Assembly: GCF_963921235.1 (NCBI RefSeq)
Contig: NC_086108.1
Coordinates: forward strand, 90,212,001-90,276,000
Source of the DNA: Mobula hypostoma
Taxonomy: Eukaryota
Direction of reading: 5' to 3'
DNA length: 64,000 bases
Shown: positions 13,427-25,636 of the stretch, in pieces
Layout: every line of letters starts with the position of its first letter
Numbering within the stretch: the first letter of the stretch is position 1
Made by a program: the position numbers and the translations under genes
Notes under the pieces: generated by a model
Databases searched by the model: none
Told to the model about the DNA's origin: nothing
What the model saw: the letters and a program-made list of their open reading frames with translations, nothing else

Positions 13427-14118
13427 TACACACCTCCTGTACTTAATAAAGTGGTCACTGAACTCATGTTCATGGTTTTCTTCTGCTGTTGCCCTACCCA
13501 CTTCAGGGTCCGATGTGTTGTGCGTTCAGAAATGCTCTTCTGCACACCACTGTGTGATTATTTGAGTTACTGTTGCCTTGCAGTCAGCTTGAACCCCTGA
13601 CCTCTCTCATTAACAAGGCATTTTCACCGGCAGAACTAGCACTTGCTGTTTTTTTTTCTGCTCTTTGCATCATTCTTTGAAATGCTAGAGACTGTCGTGC
13701 ATGAAAATCCCAGGAGATTTTCTGAGATATTCAAACCACTCCGTCTGGCACCAACAATCATTCCACGGTCAGAGTCACATTTCTTCCCTATTCTGATGTA
13801 TGATCTGATCAGCAACTGAATCTCTTGCCATGTCTGCGTGCTCCTCTGTGTTGAGTTGCTGCCAAATGATTGGCTGATTAGTTATTTGTATTAATATCTT
13901 GATGATTAGATATTTGCATTAACAAGCAGGTATACAGATATTTGCATAGTAAGGGAATTAAGTGTTATGGGGAAAAGGCAGATAGGTAGAGATGAGTCCA
14001 TGGCCAGATCAGCCATGATCTTATTCAATGGCGGAGCAGGCTCGTTGGGCCAGATGGCCCACTCCTGCTCCTATTTCTTATGTTCCTATGTACTAAATTA
14101 AGTGGCCACTGAGTGTAT
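13427..14118 (-). mobile_element. Non-autonomous Tc1-like element, with a CR1 3' end inserted at ~13936-14090
   Basis: Reverse complement aligns by eye to 2708-3115 plus 6501-6633; terminal aagtggccactgagtgTA at ~14100-14118. Confidence 0.88.
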
Positions 14119-14789
14119 GTCTTAAATAATAACTGTCAGTTAATAATTTTGATATATATTTTATATATTTTTTTTACAATTTTAATCATTTAATTTGATT
14201 TGAGATCTTTTTAAATAGATTGTAATATCGGAACCATTTACACTCAGTGAAATGAAGATTGTCAGGATAGTGCTGAGGACAAGCCCATGATGCATCACTA
14301 TATTAGTACTTGCTGCTTACAATGCTTTGTACTCCAGTCACAGAACTGAGGCCTTTGAAGCCTAGAGGCTGTAATAGTTAAGTAAAACTGTAAGGTTAAC
14401 ATGCTGGAGGAGTAAGAGATGATGAGGATGGATGAGATCGAATATGAATTCATCTTATGTAATATGAAGGTGATTTGTATCTTTAATTTAAAATGCTTCT
14501 GCAGACTTGCAGCCACCAATGAGAGTGCAGTTTTGAGTATGATACATTCTTTAATATTTTACCTGTCTCTCTGTAAGAAGACACCAAATATGTTTTGAAA
14601 GGTGACATGATTGCACCATTAAACGGGCAACTGAATCACCTGCCAAGGTTGTTGCTATTATGGTCAACATAATCAGAAGGAATAGCTTTCAAGAGCGATA
14701 TCAGCACTGAAATGGAAGTCCTGCTCTCCCGATGCCAAGTAGTCATGATCATCTCAAGTGCTTTTGGGAAATAATTTTTATTTGGTTAT

Positions 14790-15065
14790 TTATTTAGAGA
14801 TACAGCGTGGAACGGGCGCTTCTGGCTCAATGAACTGCTGGTCTCAGCAACCCACCTATTTAACCCTAGCCCTATCACATGACAATTTACTTACTAACCA
14901 ATATGGTTTTTCACTGTGGGAAGAAAGCAGAGCACCTAGTGGAAACCCATGTGGTCACAGGGGAAAATATGTAGACTCTTCACAGACGGCACTAGAACTG
15001 AACTCTGAACTCTGACGAGCCGAGCTGTACTAGTGTCATGCTAGTCGCTAAGTTATTGTAGCGCT
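14790..15065 (-). mobile_element. V-SINE/HE1-related SINE fragment (further copies ~19200-19480, 22965-23240, 25150-25730, 30300-30770, 37170-37350, 49310-49540, 59520-59690)
   Basis: Recurrent tgtgggaggaaaccggagcacc..gaaaccca...gggagaa.gtacaaactcctt block followed by the reverse complement of a tRNA-like head. Confidence 0.75.
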
Positions 15066-16371
15066 CACAGTGTTAGATATGAGAGAATCCATGTTGCACA
15101 GACCTTTGGCACTACAAGCAAGATTGTTTGGCTGCAAATAACAGACAGAACCATTTATTGGAATGTATGAAGTCGTTGGGGTGGGAATTTTCAATGATGA
15201 GGATTGTTTGCCGTCACAAGTATGGCAGCCTGGTGGTTATGTTACTGGACCAGCAGTCCGAAGCCAAATGATTTCTGTGACAATTACAAATCTCACCACT
15301 TCAGCAGAGGAGCTAAAATACAAGCAATTCATCAAACTGGATTAAAAGGCTTGTGACCAAGAAACCTATGGGGTGATTGTGTAAGTGTGTCTGGTTCACC
15401 ACTACCCTTTAGGGAAGGAAATCTCTCATACTCACATGACCTGATATGTGACTCCAGACGTGGAAAACCAGGCAAACAGTTTCAGTGCATGTGAGGCTTC
15501 AGCAAAAAATGCCAACCACACCAATCACATTCAGGTCCCATGATCCAATGTAAAAACAATCCTTTACTAAGGTTCTGCTATTTGAACAGGAAATCATTTC
15601 GAAGAGGCTAGAAAATAAAGTCTGTATGACAGCCATTTATTTATTTAAGAACATTCAGTCCCTCAAGCTTGTTTTGAATTCTATTAATTAATTTAAGGCT
15701 GACCTGCACCTTAAGTGCATTAATCTGCTCTGTTTCCAATAACCATACAAGTCTTGTTAAACAAAATCTATCAATTTCACTTATGAAACTTCTGATGACT
15801 GAGCTAATCCCAACGGCATTTAGCAGGAGATGTTCAAGTTTCCACTATCATTTGTATGAAGACATGCTTTGTCATATCACCACTGAAAGACATTGTTCTA
15901 ATTTAAAGGTTTACTCCATTGTTCAGGGCTCCTCTACCAGAGGAAACAGTTTCAGCCTACCTATTCACAAATGCATTAATCATCTTAAATACTTCAATTA
16001 TGCCCCAGCACAGTGTTCTCTTTAATATGCCTGTTGTGTTTGAACTATAATCTTTCCTCAAGTACATCTCAATGCTTTCATGCTTTCTACAGATCTACTA
16101 TAGAAACTTTGTAGCCACTCATTTCAGGCCTGCAATGTCAAAGGTCGTATGACATTTCAATTCCTTTATTGATATCTACAACCACTTAGCAACAGAATTA
16201 GAACTAATTTACAATGGTTCAGTGCACACAGAGTGCTGTTCGAGAAGGTGGCTTACCACCACTTTCTTGCAGACGACTAAAGATCTTCTATAAGTGACTA
16301 TAACACCAACATTCTATTAAATGATAGATAACTAAAGATAATAAATGTGTGGTGTTTAATTTTCCATGGTA

Positions 16372-16860
16372 TTAGGACCTCCTTTACTTAATAAAGTGGC
16401 CACTGGGTGTATGTTTGTGGTTTTCTGCTGCTGAACCCATCCACTTCAAGGTTCCACGTGTTGTGCAGTCACAGATGCTCTTCTGCACACCAATGTTGTA
16501 ACACATGATTATTAGAGTTACTGTTTCCTTCCTGTCAGCTTGAACGAGTCTAGCCATTCTCATTAACAGGGCATTTTTGCCCTCAGAAGAGATTTTTGTG
16601 CGTGAAAATCCCAGGAGATCAGCATTTTCTGAGATACTCAAACCACCACATTTGACACCAACAATCAGTCCATGGTCAATGTCCCTTAGATCACATTTCT
16701 TCCCCATTCTGACGTTTGGTCTGAACAATAACTGAACCTCTTGACTTGACTACGTCTGCATGTTTTTATGCAATGAGTTGCTGCCACGTGCTTAGCTGAT
16801 TTGATATTAACAAGCAGGTGGACAGGTAGACAGGTGTACCTAATAAAGTAGGTACTGATT
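16372..16860 (-). mobile_element. Non-autonomous Tc1-like element
   Basis: ORF 16384..16728 includes MGKKCDLRDIDHGLIVGVKCGGLSISENADLLGFSRT...RMARLVQADRK.TV; same family as 2708. Confidence 0.9.
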
Positions 16861-17554
16861 GGAAATATGTCACCAAAATCATTGTTGTAATTGGCAGCAC
16901 CTTCCCCTAACATGGCAAGCCCCAATAACACAGCAAACAGTATAACCTCTCATTTTCACTGCCATCAACACTGAAGAGAAAGCATCAACTGAAAAACGTA
17001 TTTCAATGCAGTTATTACATTGCTTCCTGTCATAAACCATAGTTATTCATCAGCCTTTATCATAAGCAACCATGCAAGGCAAGAAAAAAAATCACAGCCC
17101 AGTGCAGCACTTACAGAGATAGTAGAGTTTTTAAAAAAGGTGCAGCACGTGTCTTTCGGAGGAAAAACACAATCGAGTATTTTTAAAATGTCAGAAAACG
17201 GAAAAATTCATGGGTTCATTAAGAGTGAGTACTGAGTGGTAATAACTGTTAAAACAAAACAAGAATGCTTACTCAAACAATATATTTACAATATTAATCA
17301 AATACTACTGAAATATTAAATACACAATACAAACCTTTTTTAACTATGAGCTAATTCTGGGAGTGCAATAAGAAAAGTGTTGGTCGCCCATTTCTATATG
17401 TGCTTCGCAGTTCTGATGGAACAATCAGAAATGCTCTCGGATGCAATTCCAGGGGTAGTAGAAGAAGGCAGACTTAGTCGTTGGGTACAAAAGGGAGCTA
17501 TACGATCATCTGAAAGAATTTTGTGGGCTGGGAGAAGAAGGTGAAGGAATGGGA

Positions 17555-18030
17555 CTAGCTGAATTGTTACAGGTAAAGCCCTCCCCACTATTGAGCACAA
17601 CTATACAGAGTGTTGATGCAGGAAAGCAGCATCCATCATCAGGGTCCACTACCACCTTGGTAGGTTGTGCTCTTTGCTGCTATCAAGATGAAGGTACAGG
17701 AGACTCAGAACTCACACCAGCAAGTTCAGGGACAGTTACTACTCCTCAACCATCAGGCTCTTGAACTAAAGGGGATAACTTCACTCAATTTCACTTGTCC
17801 CATCAATGAATTGTTCACACAACCAGTGACCTCACTTTCAAGGCATCGTCATCTCATGTTCTTGATATTTATTGCTTATTTTATTAGTAGTAATATTATT
17901 ATTAATTCTCTTTGTATTTGCATTGTTTATCGTCTTTTGCACACTATTGCGTATGCCCACAGGAAAATGAATGGCAGGGTTGTAAATGGTGTTATATATG
18001 TACTTTGATAATAAGTTTACTTTAAACTTT
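17555..18030 (+). mobile_element. Rex1-like LINE 3' end
   Basis: aggaaagcagcatccatcatc...ttcagggacagttactac...; tail actttaaactttgaa; homologous to 31015-31380. Confidence 0.75.
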
Positions 18031-18828
18031 GAATATGAAGAGCTAATGCAGACTTGATGGGGTCATTTGCCACTTCCCATTCTGAAACTATTCTATAATT
18101 CTGTGATGAGGCTGCTATCAACAGCACTATTTTCAGAAAGATCACTGTAGGCTTTTTTCTCCAAATGCTTGATCTATGCGGCAATCTGTTTCTACCACCT
18201 GTCCACTAAACGTTCCAAATCCACTACCTTCTGCTCAGGGAGCTCTAAAGCTTTCTCCCTGTTCAAGAACAGCAGGTTCACTCTGAAGGTAATTAATTGT
18301 GTAAAAGATACACTGGGACATCTTGAGATACATGTTCAAGTATTATCAAATTGTCATAATGTAATAAAATGCCTACCTTCCTTACTTAAGGTGTATAAAA
18401 ATGGTATGAAATTGTCTCATATAGTTTTTATGTGCCAGCTGAGTGAATTTTGCCTGAAGTACTATCAAGAGATGCCAGTGGATCTTTTGAGTACACCTGA
18501 TGCATCTCCACTAATTGGACCAAAGTTATATGCACCAAGGTTACCAGACAGATGCAAGACTCACTTTGATCTTATTTATAAATGTGGTCTGGAAATGCAT
18601 GCATTGCTCACACAAAGCAAACTGACTTAACTGACCTTAACTGAAATGGTCCATGCCTGTTAACAGAATAGCTAAAAGGAATCAGCTTGGGTGTTGGGAG
18701 TTTCTGTCAGCTTGGAGCTAGCTGGGATCCCTTTCAAGTACTGATCACTCCTATAATCTCCATTATCTTCCATTGCAACTATCCCTACTCATATATTTAA
18801 CATCCGTTGACCCTATCTATCCATCCAT

Positions 18829-19185
18829 GGGCAACAATGTAGTGCAGCTAGTAGAGCCACTGCCTCACAGTACCAGAGACCCGGGTTCAATCTTGACCTC
18901 AAGTGCTATCTCTGGAGTTTGTATGCTCTCTTTGTGACCTCCTGGGTTTCTTCCCTCATTTAAAAGTTGTGTAGATTGGCAGATAAACTTGGCACTATAA
19001 GTTGCTCCGAGAATGTAGCTAAGTGGTAAAACTTGGCGGGGTAGTCAATGTTGATGAGAAAATGGAGAGAGTGAAAAGTGGGATTAATGATGGGTTAGTG
19101 TGATTTGATGGTTGGCATGAACTCAGTGGGCTGAAGGGTTTATTTCTGTGCTGTGTCACCGTGTAACTCTGTAACATTATGACTC
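18829..19185 (+). mobile_element. HE1-type V-SINE, near full length
   Basis: tRNA-like head (tagtgcagctagtagagc; B box ggttcaatct), V-domain-like ggagtttgtatgctctc..gtgacc..tgggttt, and CR1/HER1-like tail gggctgaagggtttatttctgtgctgt. Confidence 0.8.
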
Positions 19186-20269
19186 TTACTTTATTTATTT
19201 TAATAAGTAATACAGTGCAGAGAGGTGCAGCCCTTCAACCCACACCACCCCAGCAAGCCCACAACCTCAATTAACCCTAACTTAATCACGAGACAATTTA
19301 CAATGACCAATTAACTCACCCATTACGTCTTTGGAGAGGAAACTGGAGCACTCAAGGAAAGCCACGCATTCAACAGGGAGGACGTATAGAGACTCCTTAC
19401 AGAACAGTGCTGGAATTGAATTCCAAAGTCTGGAACATTCTGACCTGTAGTAGCATCACACCAACTGCAACATTACCTTGGAGCTTACCCCTGCACGCAG
19501 TTCACCCCACACCCCATTCCCGACACCAATGTTTATATATATATTTATTTATTTATAGTAATACAGCACGGAGCAGTCCCTCCCAGCCCTCCAATCCACA
19601 CCTTCCAAGCAATCACACCAAACCTGAATAACCCTAACTTAATCACAGGACAATTTACAATGATCAGTTAACTAGCAATAGTCAAATAACCGTAGTATGT
19701 CTTCAGACTATGCGAGTTTTCATTCACAGTTGCTAGTCTCTGCAGCATTTGCATCACCCCAGCTGATCAATACTTTCCTGTATCTTCCCCACAACCCAAA
19801 GATATTGCCCAAATCACATGTCAGACCCCACTTAATCCCATGTCCGGTGCCCAACAACTCACTCCCCACTTATCCTGTGGATATGCAATCTTCTCTAGCC
19901 CTTCTACCTCACTTCACACCGATTAAGACCATAAGATATACTGTAGGAAGAGAATTAGGCCATTCAGCCCATCTAGTCTGCCCCACCATTCCATTATGGC
20001 TGATTTATTACCCCTCTCATCAACATTCACCTGCCTTATCCCATAACCTTTGGTGCCCTTACTAATGAAAAACCTATCAACCTCCATTTTAAATATACCC
20101 AATGACTTGGCTTTCACGGCTGTCTGTGGCAGTGAGGTTCACAGATTCACCTCCCTCTGGCTAAACAAATTCCTTGTCATTTCATTTCTAAAGGGACACC
20201 CCTCTAGTCTGAGGCTCCCCACTGTAGGAAACTTCCTCTCCACAACCACTCTATCTAGGCCATTGAGTA

Positions 20270-21015
20270 AACATGATAAACTCTGCAGATGCTGGAAATC
20301 GAAAACAATACACACAAAATGCTAGAGGAACTCAGCATGTCAGGCAGCATCTATGGAAATGAGTAAACAGTTGATGATTCAGCGGAGACCCTTCATCAAG
20401 ACAGGAAAGGAAGGGGGGGAGATACCAAAGTAAGAAGGTGGGGGAAGGGGAAGGAGCACAAGTTGGAAGGTGATAGGTATAGGCAAAGGGTGGGAGAGGG
20501 GGTGATGAAAAAGGAAGCTGAGAGATGATAGGTAGAAAAGGCAAAGGGCTGGAGAAGAAGGAATCTGTCTTGATGGGGAAATAGAAGTGTATAAGGACTG
20601 GACATTCATGCTGAGAATAAGGCAGTTAGGGCCAGGGAATTGAAAGTTAGTGAGGAGATCAGGAGCATTAGAAGTATCGCAGATGCAGGTGGGAAGGGTC
20701 TGAATTGGTGGAATTGGATGGATCAAGGTATGAAGACCCGAGTTCAGTGGGCAGGAGCAGGAATTGACAACGGGGCTACCTGGACAATTAGGCTTGAGGA
20801 CCAAGATTCTGAATCAGCTTTTTACTTCATTCCCCACTCCCCCACCCACCTGGCTTCACTTATCACATTCTAGCTTTCCCTCCTCTCACATTATTCTGGC
20901 ATCTTCCCCCTTCCTCTCTGGTCCTGATGAGGGGTCTCGACCCGAAACATCAACTGTTCACTCACTTCCATAGATACTGCCTGGCCTGCTGTGTTCCTCC
21001 AGCATTTGTGTGTTG
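20270..21015 (-). mobile_element. Internally deleted Penelope-like element (RT fragment) with inverted pseudo-LTR ends
   Basis: ORF 20379..20804 has KPNCPGSPVVNSCSCP...LPTCICDT...FQFPGPN.LI.SMNVQSLYTSI, a PLE RT motif. Segments ~20306-20410 and ~20915-21012 are inverted copies of each other. Confidence 0.9.
20919..20956 (+). ncRNA. Minimal type I hammerhead ribozyme motif in a Penelope pseudo-LTR (CpG-decayed)
   Basis: tggtc CTGATGA g gggtc tc gaccc GAAA c ATC aactg. The CUGAUGA and GAAA core and a 5-bp stem II are intact; stem I and helix III show changes consistent with decay of ...GAAACGTCGACTG. Confidence 0.75.
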
Positions 21016-22039
21016 TGTTATGCTTTTCAATATTTGATAGGTTTCAATGAGATCCTCCCCTCATTCTTCCAAATTCCAGCACATACAGGCCCAGAGTCAT
21101 CAGATGGTCCACATACTTTAACCTATTTGTTCTCAGACTCATTCTAGTGAACTTCCTCTGGACCCTCTCCAATGCCAGCACATCTTTTCTTAGCTAAGGT
21201 GCTCAAACCTGCTCACAATACTCCAAGTATGGCCTTATAAAGCCTCAATATTAAATCTTTGCTTCTATATTCTAGTCCTCTCGAAGTGAATGCTCACAAT
21301 GCTCTTGCCTTCCTTACCACTGACTCAACCTGCAAGTTAACCTTTGGGGAATCCTGCAAGAGGACTCTCAAATTGATCACACAATCAACAGCACCCGCTG
21401 CGTGTATGTGCAGCCACACCCCCACCGTTACCCTATACTGAGGCATATACGGAGGCTCTACCACCATGCAATAGAACTTTGCCTGAATACACCTCTGAAG
21501 TCCTTACACCCACCTCTTTCTCAGATGTGCAATGTCTGACAAATCTGATGCCCAATCACCAAATGCTCCCAACTCCTCCACTCCAGTCCTCCTCCACAAC
21601 TTCCACAACAGTAAAGTAGCTGGGGAAAGACATTATTATTATGTCTGTGATGTGTAGAACTTATTGTATGCTATTAGATGTATTGGGCCATGTATGTGAT
21701 TGACTATTATTGTGGGGAATCCATGAACAAAGTTTTGTAATTCTCCATGCATTCTCATTAACATTTTCCTTTTGCTCTAACTCTTGTTTCCTTATGTTGA
21801 AGAATTCCGAGCTTATTTTTCCAATTTCCTTCATATTCTATTTATAGAGATTTCAGTTCTGAACTGCTGACTAAAAGACCCAATGATTTTAACTTACATG
21901 TTGCACTTTAACACTGACAGTTTACAAAGCCATTTTTAAAACTAAGTTTTGAAACTATTGAAGATATTTACAGAATCAACAGATAATACGATTTAACAAT
22001 ATGAGCCGCGTTAGCACTGCCAGTAACGTATTTATTGAA

Positions 22040-23395
22040 TCACAAAGTCACAGAGCTCAGGAACAGGCCTATTGGCTCATCTAGCCTGTGCCAAACTGTT
22101 ATACTGCCAAGTCCCATCGACCCGCACCTGGAACATAGCCCTCCATTCCCTCCAACGTATGTATTTATCTAGACTTCTCTTAAATGTTGATATTGAACCA
22201 GCATTCTCTGTTTCCGTTGGCAGCTCATTTCACACTCACACAACTCTCTGAGTGAAAAATTCGGTTCCCATTAAGTATTTCACCTTTCACCCTTAAGCTA
22301 TGGCTTCTAGTACCAATGTCACCCAAACTCAGTGGAAGAAGCCTACTTGCATTAACCCTGTCCATAACATACATAATTTTGGACACCTCTATCAAATCTC
22401 CCTTCATTCTCCTACACTCTCAGGGAATAAAGTTCTAACCTATTCAACCACTCACTATAACTCAGGTCCCCAGTTCCTAGCAACATCCTTATAATTTTTC
22501 TCTGTACTCATTCATTCTATTAATATCTTTCCTGCAGGCAGGTGGCCAGAATGGCCACAATACTCCAAATTTGGCAGCACCAACTTCTTATACCTGTGCA
22601 GCTTCAATATCACATCGTAACTCCTGTATTCTTTACTTTGATTTATGAAGGCCAACGTGCAAAAAGCTCTCTTTATGACCCCATCTGTGACACTACTTTC
22701 GAGGATTTATCGATCTGTATTCCCAGATCCTTCTGTTCTACCACATTCCTCAGTGCCCTACCATTCATTGTATATGTCCTACCCTGGTTTGTCCTCCCAA
22801 AGTCAATACCTTACACTTGTCTGCAATAAACTCATCTGCTATTTTTAAGCCATCTTCCAGCTGCTCAGATCCCACTGCATTCTTTGGTAGTCTTCCTCGC
22901 TGTCCACTACATTCCCAATCTTGTTGTCATCCACAAATTTGCTAATCAAGTTTACCACATCATTTATTTATTTTTATTTATTTAGGGATATGGTATGGAA
23001 TAGGCCCTTTGGCCCTTTGAGCCACGCCGTACCAGGAACTCCTGACAAACCTGATTATCCCTAATCTAAGCACGGGACAATTTCCATTGACCAATTAACC
23101 TACCTGGTATGTCTTTGGACTGTGGAAGAAAACCAGAAGACCTGGAGAAAACTGAGGGAGGGCATATAGAGACTCCTTAGAGAATGGCACTGGATCTGAA
23201 CTCCAAAATTCAGAACATCCTGAGCTGTAATGGCGTGGTGTCTATCATCCAGATCATTGATATAGATGACAAACAACAATGGACACAACGTCGATTCCTG
23301 CGGCACTCCGCTAGTCACAGAACTCCAGTCAGAGAAGCAACCATCTCCTACCACTCTCTGGCTTCTCCCGGGAAGCCAATGTCAAATCCAGCTGC
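22040..23395 (-). mobile_element. CR1/HER1-like LINE RT-to-3' fragments with a SINE inserted at ~22965-23240
   Basis: SDWSSVTSGVPQES.LCPLLFVIYINDLD and KGDLIEV...TRSHSLRVKG motifs. Confidence 0.88.
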
Positions 23396-23645
23396 TACCA
23401 TCCGAGAAACGGAACTGCAGCATAAAAGCCAGGACCAACAGGCTCCAGGACCATTTCTTCCACCAGGCTATCAGACTGATGAACTCATGCTGATTTGAGT
23501 GTACTCTATATTACATTGACTGTTCTATTTATTATAAATTACTATGATTATACACATTGCACATTTAGATGGAGACATAATGTAGATTTTTGCTTCTCAT
23601 GTATGTGAAGGATGTAAGAAATAAAGTCAATTCAATTCAATTCAA
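23396..23645 (+). mobile_element. Rex1-like 3' end
   Basis: SIKARTNRLQD.FFHQAIRLMN; AATAAA and (TTCAA)3 tail; same family as 9226 and 59800. Confidence 0.85.
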
Positions 23646-25365
23646 CATAATTACTGTAATCATAATTTTGTGTAGAAGTTTATAATACTAATATTAATGG
23701 AAGAGCACAACAATTTCCTAATATCTATTGTTATGTTTGTACTATTTTTTATCATGCATATTGCAACTAATTACTTAAGATACAAAGGCATATAGTTTAC
23801 TGCATTAACAAAAATGGCATTCACTTTTTTGATAGATACTATGATTGTAAAATTATACAAAAGATATCAACATACACAATACATAGTAAAATATTTCAAG
23901 ACAAAAGGGAAATAATGCTGTTTGATAATGTGATATCTCAAAATTAAGTGCTACCTTCCAACAAGGATAGAAATAATTGTCATGTACAGTTTAATAGCTG
24001 ATTGATGGGTATAGTTAAGTTATTGAATTAAGTGGACATTATTATAAGCTACAATTATACTTGAGCTATTTCCACCTCATCATATTCCTGGAAGATAAAT
24101 GAAAGCCAGACATACATATTTGCAATTCTGAGAGGCTCAGTCATTAAAGCTTTGAAGGTCAAAATTGTATAACACGAATGGGAACTATAATGTCAAAAAT
24201 GTTAAACTTTAAACAAATAAAAAGTAAGTTTAAATAGTATATATCTGAACTCTTGCCAAAATTATCTACAGTCCATACAAAATCTGTTAGCATCAAACAC
24301 GCAATTTATGTAAACTGTAACTGACAGTTTGATACTAACTCCGATGATGTTTCCTGATACAGAACAAAAGTTCTTTCCAATTGGTGATGTTAATAAGTAC
24401 TTTAGTGAAGTCATATAGTATTCAACATAAAGCTATTTTATATAACTATGTATATATACACAATGTACTTAAATGGGATCGTGGTAACAAAAATGATTAA
24501 ATACTATTGATCTTTTCTTTATTTTGTAGACACTCCCACTCTTTGTTATTTTAAAGTTAATATATAATAAATTGATGAATATTGGCAGTGAATTGTAGAG
24601 TTGTCATTCTAATCTCATATATGGTGGTCATACACAGGAGTTATCAATCTGATTTTTATTGGTTAGATAACATGCAAATATTAGTCTGAATATTAACAAG
24701 CAATGCAGGCAACAATGAGTATTAAAATGCACATAATGAATACATCAAAATAAATAAAATGTGGTACCAATTCTGTCTCTATATTTTTGAAATAAAAGAC
24801 TGAGTAAACTTTATGATTAAGTATTTTAATATTATTACATAAACATGATGCTTTATCCAGAACAAAATATCTTCTACTCTCTGACTATAAATTATTTTGA
24901 ATCATTTACTGCAAGCATGCAGACGATTCAACCTATCAAAAATATTCTTGTGTTTATGTTTCATACAAGTACCATATCATTTCCTGTAGCCCGATCAAAG
25001 TATTTGTTTTCTGTTAGTTAATCGAAAATTTCCACAGTGTGACTTACATAGCAAAATATATGTTGAGGTTAATTGCCAGCAAATTATTAACTATAATGCA
25101 CTACAAAGAGAATGAAGCCAGGATCAATTCTTTTATTACATAGTAAAAATAAAGATAAGCTTTATTTACCATATATAATTCAAAATATGTGGTGAAATGT
25201 GTTATTTTTGTCAAATCAAATCACCGACGATCGTGTTGGCAAGTGTCACCATGCTTCCGGCCACAACATAGCATGCTCACAATTCATTAAGTCTAATTGT
25301 ACATCTTTGGAATATGAAAGGAAACCGGAGCACCTGGAGGAAACCACTGGGAGACTGTATAAACT

Positions 25366-25636
25366 GAAGAAACACTTCTTGGGCTTCCAGCCTCGTACAG
25401 GTATTGGCAGAAGTCTCACCCTAAGTAGGAATTGGAATTCAATTGCAAACAAGGTGGGACAGCGCAAACCTGATTAGATGAGGACTAACCAATCAGGAAG
25501 GTCAGATGATGGGAGTATATATACCTAATGAAGGATTTGTCATCAAAACGTTGGTTAAGGCCAATACTATCCGGCTGGAAGCCCAAGAAGCGTTTACTTG
25601 TCATATATGCCAGGAAAACACTAGATCCTTTATCAA
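25366..25636 (+). mobile_element. Short Penelope-like pseudo-LTR insertion (second PLE family) with inverted 5' piece
   Basis: Perfect 18-bp inverted repeat 25375-25392 / 25573-25590; CCAAT and TATATATA; degenerate hammerhead core near 25525-25555; TSD tgtataaact (25356-25365) / tgtacaaact (25637-25646); homologous to 49600-49840. Confidence 0.75.

Larger units (their letters stand above)
19925..21370 (-). mobile_element. CR1/HER1-like LINE 3' part, interrupted by a Penelope-like insertion
   Basis: AKSLGIFKMEVDRF.ISKG.KGYG motif; (cttatgg) tail at ~19925-19935; resumes after ~21020. Confidence 0.88.

Noticed and set aside
18169..18630. 153-aa ORF
   Set aside because: Non-ATG start, no splice or domain support, and a composition typical of a chance AT-rich ORF.
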